Shown here: positions 11,600 to 20,242 of the stretch, one piece after another | How the letters are laid out: each line of letters starts with the position of its first letter | Position numbering within the stretch: the stretch's first letter is position 1 | DNA from: Vicugna vicugna | Lineage: Eukaryota | Reading direction: 5' to 3' | Assembly: GCA_013265495.1 (NCBI GenBank) | Contig: MU058722.1 | Span: forward strand, 124,062 to 144,303 | Length of the DNA stretch: 20,242 nt | Made by a program: the position numbers and the translations under genes | The notes under the pieces: model-generated | Database searches by the model: none | The model's input: the letters and a program-made list of their open reading frames with translations, nothing else | Told to the model about the DNA's origin: nothing

Positions 11600-12189
11600 C
11601 TTCCAGCCCTGCACAAGCTGTCCTCTGCAGCTGGCGTTTACTGCCTGTCTTGATTCCGTGGAAATCTTACTGTTTGTGTAAAATTAAGCTCAATGAGCAC
11701 ATGTTCCGTTGTCATGCCTCCTTAACACCAGTGCTGTCCGGGGTTAGTAACAGTAACGACTATGATGGTAAGCGCACGGGGCCATGTAGCAGTTACACAT
11801 TCACCACTGTGACCATGTAACCCACCCCCACAGAAGTGACCGGGGAACTTCGCTCCTTTCCCCCTTCTCTCCTACTCCTTCCCTTAAGTTAACCTAGTAT
11901 TTTGCATGCATAGTGTTTTGACAGTTATCTGAAACACTGTTTTAAACCGTCAGTTGAAAAGGGAAGACAAAATGTTACACCTGGCCCGGACGAGGAGAGG
12001 GGTGGGGAGTGGCCCAGAGGAAGCCGAACGGGACGCGGGGCCTCGGATCACAACACAGCCTGTTCCTTCCCGAGTTTCGCAGCCGGGAAAGCAAAGGCCT
12101 GGGGCCCGGACCGCCTCGGGGCCTTCGGGGGAGGCCGAGGGAGGGACAGATACCCGCGCAGGGCTGGGGAGGGGCCCGCAGGGACTCAC
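11600..12189 (-). other. HTT intron 1-like 5' segment (distal boundary uncertain)
   Basis: Begins gtgagtccc and stays GC/CpG-rich to ~11980. TTACATGGTCACAGTGGTGA (11801-11820) resembles a motif I recall in early human HTT intron 1. Confidence 0.5.
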
Positions 12190-12423
12190 CGTCTTGTAGT
12201 GGCTCCTGACCCACAGCTGGGCGGGCGGAGGTGGCCGTTGAGGCTGCAGTATCGGCTGAGGCGGCGGCGGCGGCTGCGGTGCCGGCTGAGGGGGCTGAGG
12301 CGGCGGTGCCGGCTGAGGGGGCTGAGGCGGCGGCGGTACCGGCTGAGGCTGAGGCGGCAGCAGCGGTTGCTGGTAGGACTTGAGGGAGTTGAAGGCCTTA
12401 GCCATCTTTTCCAGGGTCGCCAT
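12190..12423 (-). CDS. HTT: Huntingtin exon 1-like coding exon (paralogous copy, 78 codons, phase-0 donor)
   Basis: GCCGCCATGG Kozak context. Translates MATLEKMAKAFNSLKSY-QQ-PLLPPQPQPVPPPPQPPQPA...AQLWVRSHYKT; 13 of 17 N-terminal residues match HTT N17 (MATLEKLMKAFESLKSF). Ends ACG|gtgagt, the same donor hexamer as HTT intron 1. The 3' nucleotides align to the HTT GPAVAEEPLHRP codons with two 1-nt deletions. Homology is strong; translation is unproven. Confidence 0.9.
12280..12333 (-). repeat. Two perfect 27-bp tandem units encoding PPPQPPQPA
   Basis: tgccggctgagggggctgaggcggcgg at 12280-12306 and 12307-12333, with a degenerate third unit at ~12337-12360. Confidence 0.95.
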
Positions 12424-12970
12424 GGCGGCCTCCCGCCACGCGGGGACAGCCCCCGGAGTCGCCGGGCCGACCGGCGGCTCCGGTCAGCAGCGGTGGCAGT
12501 GAACGGGGCTCGGGGCCTCCAGCAGGTGCGGACCCCAAGCGCGCGGCCATCTTGGAGCCATCCCGACAGTCCCCGCGGCCCTGCGTCCTGCCACGCTCCG
12601 CCGGTAGGGCGGGGCCGGGCCGCAGGATTGACAGCCGGAGGCAGCAGCCTCTGCCAATGGCTGCCTCGCTCGCCCCTTGGGCCCAAAGTGCCGCCACGGC
12701 TGCTGGAGTCACTGTGTTCTTCCCGGCGAGGGGCGGGGGTTACTGCCCGGAGATCGGGAGGGCGATTCGGGAGCGGGGTTGCAAGGCACGGCGAGGAGGG
12801 TGGGGAGGGCGGGTGACTTGTGATTGAGGGTCTCTCTCGGCGAGGGGCGTCCCTGTATGACACCTAGCATGTGGCAGGGAGGCCGGGCAGTGGGCTGGGA
12901 GCCCGAGACCCCCGGGGGGCGCTTGCCCACCCCGCGGCGCGGGCGGAGGGCCGGCTCGCTGGACAGCCTG
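12424..12970 (-). promoter_or_regulatory. HTT: HTT-like 5'UTR and TATA-less CpG-island promoter
   Basis: Minus strand carries CAGCCATTGGCAGAG (inverted CCAAT), GGCTGTCAATC, a GGCCCCGCC GC box, GGACGCA, CCAAGATGG (uATG / YY1-like) and GGCGGGAGGCCGCCATG, in the order I recall from the human HTT proximal promoter and 5'UTR. CpG is dense and stops abruptly at ~12970. Confidence 0.85.
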
Positions 12971-15728
12971 CTATAATATGCTGACTGTTACATATTTGGC
13001 CTTACCCTTGTTAGTAGCCTCAAATCACTCCTTGTTCACCTTCAGGATCATTACCATAGATATACTTCTGACAATCCTCGTACTTAACTATGTTCCCTCT
13101 TGCTACAAGGGCATGCACATGATATTCTCACTCTTAGAAATAATCTTTTACACATCAATCCCCTACTCCCCTCAAGAGATTTGCCTATCTAATTCCAATC
13201 ACTCTCAGTGCTCAGCTAATTTGTGAATTCATAAAGCCCATTACAGTAACATAATTCCTTAACACCATGTAATTCTCCTTTATCACAATTATTAAAGTAT
13301 ACTTTATAATAACATAAAAACCCTTCCATGCATGAAGGTAGATATTAAACAATTAAGTTCACAGTATAAAGTTGTAAGTACATATACTGTATATTATGAA
13401 AACTGTTAAGGAATAACATACTATAGTTAAATTCATTCATAATTTTTCATAGAAATATGGAAACATTTATTCCAAGTTGGATCATCACTATGTGTGTGTG
13501 TGTATATATGTATATATCTTTCATCCTTCATTCACATTATAAGTTCTGATAAAATATTGCCAACAATTAACTTTAATACCAAGAAAGGAAAGAAGGAAAG
13601 AGGAAGGAAGGAAAGAAGGCAATGGAGGGGTTTTAGAACTTTTGAGGTTGAGACATATTAGATAAAGACTCAGATCTGTACATTTGTATTTGAAAATTAT
13701 TTTCCTGAAATTATATAAAAACAATAAAGAAAACTGAAAGCTAAATATAAAATTATTTACAACCCAAATTTGAGGTTAATTTATATCTTCAATTGACATG
13801 CATTTTTTAAAATTTAATATTACACTGTTCCATTGCTATAATCAAATTCATAAACAGAAAACTATATATGATATATAATCCTCTTAACATTTATAACATC
13901 TCTGAAAATATTTTTGAAGTAGAATATTTTATATTTAAAGTTTTTATCATTAGAAAGGTTTTGAATATTTTAACACTATTAGATTTAATTTACTTAATCG
14001 TAGTATTTTTTCCAATACATGAGAAATAATATCTTATATGATTTTGATTCATTCTTTAAGTAGTTTGTTAATATTGTGTAATAAGTGAATTCATGGAATA
14101 TTGTTGTAGAGTTAGACATTTTTATTTGAAGATGTCATCTTTTGTAGTATAATAATAAGGCCATTATTGTAGGAATGTGAAGGAGTTAGACATTGCTTTT
14201 AGTAAAATTATCACTCTAAAGGGCATATTGGCAATAGCAGCATGTGGTTAAGATCATGTCAATTTTTTGTAAATCTTTAAGAAATTCTGAAATCACTCTG
14301 GTTGCTTACAAATTTATAAAACACAATTACTTACAGGAAAAACAAGGCTATAGTCACTGCATGACAAAGGAATGCTGCTTAATAAATGAGAAGAATTAAG
14401 TTTAATTCAAGGAAAGCAGCATTCTTAAAATATTTTGAATTGATTTGAGAAACAGAGATTTTATGATTATTTATTTAGCAGAGTTTATATAGACATTTAT
14501 GTGTGTGTGTGTATCATTCATCTCTGTATCAATTCAAATAAGATTTTGCCAAAAAAATAAACTTTAGAGCCAAAAATACCAATCAAAAAGAAAGAAAATA
14601 AGAGGGAAGAAAAGCAGGAAGGCAAATTAACATAAAAAAGTTTCATCATTATTTAAAGATCTATATCAACTAAACATTTGTATTGTGACCACCACATTCC
14701 ACTAAAACTTATGCCATTTACCTACAAATATAAGCTTTTATTTGCTTCTACAATAAATAATACATAAATTTAATGAAACTGCAGCTCAAAAGAACTGCAG
14801 CTCAAAAGGAGGAAATAGCATTAGAAATTCAGTCATCCAGTGCAGTAGCTAAAGCATGGGTATGACCTGACTCTTAGCAATCAGAGAACAACCAAGAAAA
14901 TGTGACAAACTGTTGGATACCCAGATTTGTTCCCAGGGCAGGGAAATAGGCATATCAAGATAAGTAAAAGAATATACCAAGTTTAAAGCTTAATTATAAT
15001 GCAAAATAGATATATATCTATATCTATTTCAAAATGTTAAATTTAAAAGTGGACCAGAAAAAAAAGTAAACAAAATTACTTCTATAGAGAAAACAAAGAA
15101 TAGCCTTGTCTTCTTCTATTAAAGACTGACTAGCCACAAAATATTATGGAAATAACTATAAAGTTTTGAGAAAAAATATTATAATTCTATAATTGTGTTA
15201 CCACTAACGTTGTTATGTTTGTAGTTAAGCCAAAGTAATACCAAGACATTCAAAGAATCAGAAGGAATGGTAACTATATATTTATCCTAAAAAATAATAA
15301 GTACTAAGAAAAGGAAACATTTTTTAAAATTTAAGAAGTAAGATATGATTATAGAAATGCTATGTTAAAGGGTATTGAATCTACAGGTACACAAAATAAG
15401 GATCAGGTCTATTTTGAAAATATTTCAAAATAAATGCCAATAAATAAAAATAATTCTTAGAATGATACTTCTGACTAATTTATTTGATTTTGTAAATGCA
15501 TGTTACTTTATATCAATTTGCATTATTGATTATTATATGTTTAAGAACACAGATACAATTAAAAGAAAATTATAAAAAAGTTGAGATAGCAAAAATAACT
15601 TTGTTTTCTAATATTTACAAATAAAAGATTTAACAGTGAATTTTTATCAATCATAAGTCTTTATATTTTCAGTAAAATATTAAATAATAATGGAGAAAAA
15701 AGTAAGCAAAAAATGATTCAAATAAAAA

Positions 15729-16200
15729 TGTTAAGGGGAATAATCGTTTATAACATTTGCCATCTACCTCTGCTTGGTACTATAACCAATCACAAGCCAC
15801 TGTAGCCGCTGACCTCCAACACTCCCTGAAATTTCCCAGTGGAGATCAGGAATGGGGCACTTTGTGCTGTGGGAAAACTGACAAAATAGAGCTTCAGATA
15901 GATGTTTTCAGAAGATTTTATGAGCCCCAATTCTTGCATCTCCTTATATCTAGAAGAGCACTAAATTCATTAATGGTGACCTCTGCTCCTCATAACTGGC
16001 AAAAGAACTCAATGTGTGTTTGACTGCACATAACTCCCCTTCACTAAAATTACATATATAATATTGAGTTTCCCCCTGCTTCTTCAGAAAAGGTCCTCAG
16101 AGCCACCTGAGGTGCTGTCTCCTAGATTATAGTCCTCATTTTGCCCCAAATAAAACTTAATCCACAACTCTCATGTTATACAATTTTATTTCAGTAAACA
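15729..16200 (+). mobile_element. Solo ERV1 LTR (cetartiodactyl LTR39-like)
   Basis: Starts TGTTAAGG and ends AACA. Contains 'ggagatcaggaatggggcac' and 'ttcttgcatctcctt', a TATA-like 'catatata', and 'ttgccccaaataaaacttaa' with the polyA signal. Confidence 0.8.
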
Positions 16201-16459
16201 GCATGTATATTAAAATAGTTCAAAACATTGATGTCACAATTGGTGAAAAGATACCTCTGCCTATATAATTTCAAATTCAATTAAAAAAAAAACTGGGCCT
16301 CCATGATAATGAATCTGTGTAAGGAGAGACATTTTCAGCATGATGAAAGGAAGATAAATCACTCTAAGCTTAAAACTATGCATCTGGACAAATTAGCAGT
16401 TGTGAGAGTAATAACCAAATATACTTCTAGAAATAAAAAGGATGAAAAAAAACCCAGAC

Positions 16460-16835
16460 ATCTTCACAGAGAGAATTTCTGGAGGATGTACTTCAGCCCA
16501 GTCTGCTTGATGATCTACGATCTGGTCCAACACAGAGGGGAAGGAGAGACCATAGAAAGAAGCAGAGCCCTGCAGCTTAGTGGGCGGCAGGTTTTATCAG
16601 CAAGATAACTTACTTATGAGACTTGTCTTGAGCAGCCACAAGAGTCTCCCTGCAACCCAACCAGAATCTTAAAAGTTTATATAAAAGCCTTAAAATACTG
16701 TCCGGATGGTCTCGGCAGCAAGCACATTACTGTCACAAGGCTGAATACTTGGTGGGGCTTCTGCAGGGAAGGCAAGCGAAACGCATTCCAGTAGTCATGT
16801 CCTCTTGATGATCCCTTCAAGACTAATCCGTATCA
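16460..16835 (-). mobile_element. ERV LTR fragment, antisense
   Basis: GC-richer block with 'gcaggttttatcagcaagataacttacttatgagacttgtcttg...ccagaatcttaaaagtttatata', read as a reverse-oriented polyA-signal and TATA region of a laurasiatherian LTR. Confidence 0.6.
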
Positions 16836-18319
16836 GGTATAAGTAGTGGGGAAAAAGAAGAAAAGGAAAACAGAGTTAATGACTTTTTGGATATGTAAAA
16901 CATTTTAAAATTTCTGATTCTCTGCAAAATTTATGATTACAATAATGAGTATATTTTTAATGATACCATTCTGGAAGTCTCTATATCAAAGATTAAATTT
17001 AGTATATTATAGGCTTGTGAGTAATATTTTTTCTGTTTATAAATTTCATAAACAATATTATTCACAAAAGATTTTTAAGAATTTAATTACAAAGTTAAAA
17101 TCATTTCAAATGTATAAATAAAGAGATATTAGAATGGCTATTTTAAAAGAAAAATGACAGTGTGAAGCATTAAAAACAACGTAACAACATCAGTAAAGCT
17201 GAGTAATTACATTTCTTATGGTTTTCACAAATAGAAAGTTACTTTGTTATTAATAATTATATTTACAGTCTTTTAAAACCATAATGGATTCTCAATATAG
17301 AAAGTCTAATGTTCATAGAGCAAAATTGTGTGCATAATTTGATTCTAGGACAAAAACATACATATATATAATATACACACACATAACTAATACCCAGGAA
17401 TTACATACAAAAAAGAATGTTTAATTCTTTTTTTGTTACATTACAGTAAGATTTGATTATATTTTTATTTGCATTTCTAAATTATGAAACATTTGATACA
17501 TACAGGTTATGATTATAAAATATATACCCATTACTCTACCACCCAAACTGAGAAATAAAACATGACATTTCCAATATATTTACCCTTGCTCTTTTATGTG
17601 ACTTAAAACTAAAACTGATATAACTACATTTTATAGTAATAGGTATTTCTTTCTGGTGTTTCTTTTTCTATATTTTTATTTTCAATAATTTTTGCAGCAT
17701 GTTTAAGTGTTCCTCTTGCAAATATCCTAGAGATTCTCCCCAAATATCTGAGAATTTATGCATTTTAATGTCTTTTAATAGGAAAATTGATGCAATTTAG
17801 GCTTATCCATATGTATTATTGACTAATTTATTTATGACTTTATTTTGTTTTCCACATATAACTTTGTACATTAATTTTCATTTTTTTGAGTGACTTTCTT
17901 TTATTTTTCCTTCAGATGTGTTTTTCAGGCATTAAACACCTCATTCTTTATAACACTGAAGATAATTTCATTTATTTCATACTTGTATAATATTTTGGCT
18001 ATTTCTAGAATTTAAAATTCAGGATGACTTTTCTACAAAACATAAATTTCAAGAAGCTGTCTTCTTTAATCCAGTTTTGCCAATATTATATAAAAAACAA
18101 TCTGTTTATTGTTTTTTTCTGATAGTTGTTACTCTATCCTACAAAAGGATAGTTAAATTTTTTCTAATTATATATTTTTTAAATATTTTCTACTTTATAT
18201 CAAGAAAATAGTCATGTTAACTGTTTTTTGTATTATAAGTACATTATGGTATTTTGCTCCATCTTTGGATTTAGGTTCTGCTATTTAAAGGATTATCTAG
18301 TAAATATTTTGACTTTGTT

Positions 18320-19390
18320 CACTTTACTTTTTGATATAGCACCAAAGGCATGATCAACGAAAGGAATAATTTCTAAGCTGAACTTTTAAAAATATTACAA
18401 TTTGTTTTCTTTGCAAAAGACACTGTCAAAAGAATGATAAGATGCCACAGATTGGGAAGATGTATTTGCAAAAGATATATCTGACAAAAAGCTATTAGCC
18501 AAAATATACAAAGAATTCTAAAAAGCTCAACAATAGAACATTAAACAACCTGATTTAAAAAATGAGCAAATTACCTGAGCAGATACCTCACCAAAGATGA
18601 TGACAGATAGCAAACATACGAAAATATGTTCAGCATTATATGCCATTAGGAAACTACAAATTAAAACAAGAAGATACTACTACATACCTATTAGACTAAC
18701 CAAATCTAGAACACTGACAACACCAAACATCCTGCCAAGATGTAGAGCAACAGGAACTCTTACTTATTGCTGATGGAAATACAAAATGATTAAAACAGTT
18801 TGGAAGGTAGTTTGGCAGTTTCTTACAAAACTATACCTTTTACCATAAAATCCTTCAAGTCTACACTTTGCAGTTGACCTAAAGGAGCTGAAAACTATGT
18901 CCACATGAGAACCTACACAAGGATATTTACATCAGGTTTGTTTGTAATTATCAAAACATGGAAGCAACAAAAATATCCTTCAGTAGGAGAATGGATAAAC
19001 CATAGTACAATCAGACAATGGATTATTATTCAGTGCTGAAAAGAAATGAGCTATTAAGCCATAAAAAGATAATATAGATCCTTAAATGTATAATGATAAG
19101 TGAAAGAAGCCAATCTACAAAGGCTATGTATTATATGATTCCAACCTCATGATTTTCTGGAAAAAACAATACTATGGAGAGAATAAAAATATGAAAAGTT
19201 GCTAAGTGTTATGAGAAAGGGGAGATTGATTAGGTAAAGCACAGAGGATTTTTAGGGCAGTGAAACAATTGTGTGTGGTACTGTAATAGTGGATAAATAC
19301 CATTGTACACTTGTCCAGACACATAGAGTATTCAACACCAAGAGTGAGTCCAAAGGTAATTATGAGTGATTATAATGTGCCAGTGTAGAT
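18320..19390 (+). mobile_element. L1MC1-like LINE: end of ORF2 and 3'UTR, degraded
   Basis: 'atttgcaaaagatatatctgac', 'tcttacttattgctgatggaaatacaaaatg', and 'gcacagaggatttttagggcagtgaaac...caacaccaagagtga'. Confidence 0.85.
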
Positions 19391-19489
19391 AAGTATATAT
19401 TTATATATGCTGCTGGGTCCTATAGATCCCAGGACATGGGCTTTCTCTGGGAAGAATGATTGTTGCATCAGGGTCTTGGTCCTCTCACA

Positions 19490-20242
19490 TATGTAGATAT
19501 AGGGTAGACTGATAAAAAAAGAATGTCTGGATATTGAGAAACTCAAAATTAAAGTGAGAAGATTTACAATAATAAAAACCAACTAATCCCTTGAAGATTT
19601 CTAGATTAATTAGACAAAAAAGAACAGGGAGGATTTTCTTATAGAGTTTCCAACCTTTGTCTAACAATTTGTACACCTCACAGAATATATATTTTTAAAT
19701 GTACATATAAAAATGACAAAAAATAACTATATAGTAAGTCAGAAAGGAAGTGTCCACAAATTTCATAATGCTAAAGTTGTACTATTTTCATAAAAATAAG
19801 TAAGATAAAATTTAAACAACAAAAATGCCTCATTGTCTGGCTAACTGAAATTTATGAACCTTCTTTTTGAAATTAACTAAAACATGTAGTTTATTATTAA
19901 AGCCCTTAATGTGCTTTTATTTTTATCCTATTTACCTCTCTTTCTTCACTACTGAGTATCCTGAGATTTTAAAATGCATTCTCCTGCTTTTCTTTATACT
20001 CCTGTTTTTCTTTATTATTTCTTGAACACACATATATATCAATAAAATGATATCATTTAGTTTAAGTTGCCATTTATATTTTTAAATGTTATATTTTTGT
20101 TCAATTTCCCCTGAAACATTCTCTTTACTACAATTTTTATATTTAGAATTATTAATTTTTATGAAACTGAAATTTTTAGAATGCAACTTAAAAATTGCTC
20201 CATTTATCCATTTTCCAAAAAGTGGATATTTGAGTTATTTAC
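19490..20242. mobile_element. Very old L1 fragments (A-rich endonuclease-like stretch, then antisense L1ME-like 3' end)
   Basis: Strand-skewed composition and weak L1 motifs only. Confidence 0.35.

Noticed and set aside
12190..12423. Calling this the species' true HTT gene
   Set aside because: N17 is altered, the exon end is frameshifted, no exon 2 (KKELSATKKDRV...) was found, and the downstream DNA belongs to NAALAD2 and USP32.
11954..12930. Long Arg/Gly/Pro-rich ORFs on both strands (205 aa, 225 aa and others)
   Set aside because: Expected shadows of stop-poor GC-rich sequence and the CCG/CAG repeat; no homology recognised.
12978..13226. 82-aa hydrophobic plus-strand ORF next to the CpG island
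   Set aside because: T-rich DNA gives hydrophobic ORFs by chance and no family was recognised; divergent transcription from the island is possible but unsupported.
14777..14808. Perfect 16-bp tandem repeat aactgcagctcaaaag x2
   Set aside because: Ordinary micro-duplication in intergenic DNA.
646..19676. Remaining short 60-100 aa ORFs in the provided track
   Set aside because: They overlap repeats, microsatellites, N gaps or the wrong frame or strand of the exon remnants, and show no recognisable protein similarity.

Overview
Mammalian genomic DNA, probably a cetartiodactyl: it has a cetartiodactyl-type L1 3' end and ERV1 LTR, and I saw no Alu, Bov-A2/Bov-tA or PRE1. It is AT-rich except for one sharply bounded CpG island (~11980-12970) and has three short N gaps. 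The minus strand carries intron-containing fragments of three normally unlinked genes, in tandem and in the same orientation. (1) A huntingtin (HTT) promoter, 5'UTR, exon 1 and start of intron 1, encoding an open 78-codon exon with a divergent N17, polyQ reduced to QQ, a proline-rich tract and an intact gtgagt donor. (2) NAALAD2 (GCPIII) exons ~9-13, of which 9-11 are disabled and 12-13 are open. (3) USP32 EF-hand exons ~6-9, mostly disabled. This looks like a chimeric locus built by DNA-level duplication and driven by a captured HTT promoter. Every splice path I traced gives a short, polyQ-less HTT-exon-1-like peptide (80-157 aa) or a decaying chimeric transcript. The region above 12970 contains only old L1 and ERV LTR remnants. 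Gene identities and exon numbers rely on my recollection of the human sequences and need alignment to confirm.
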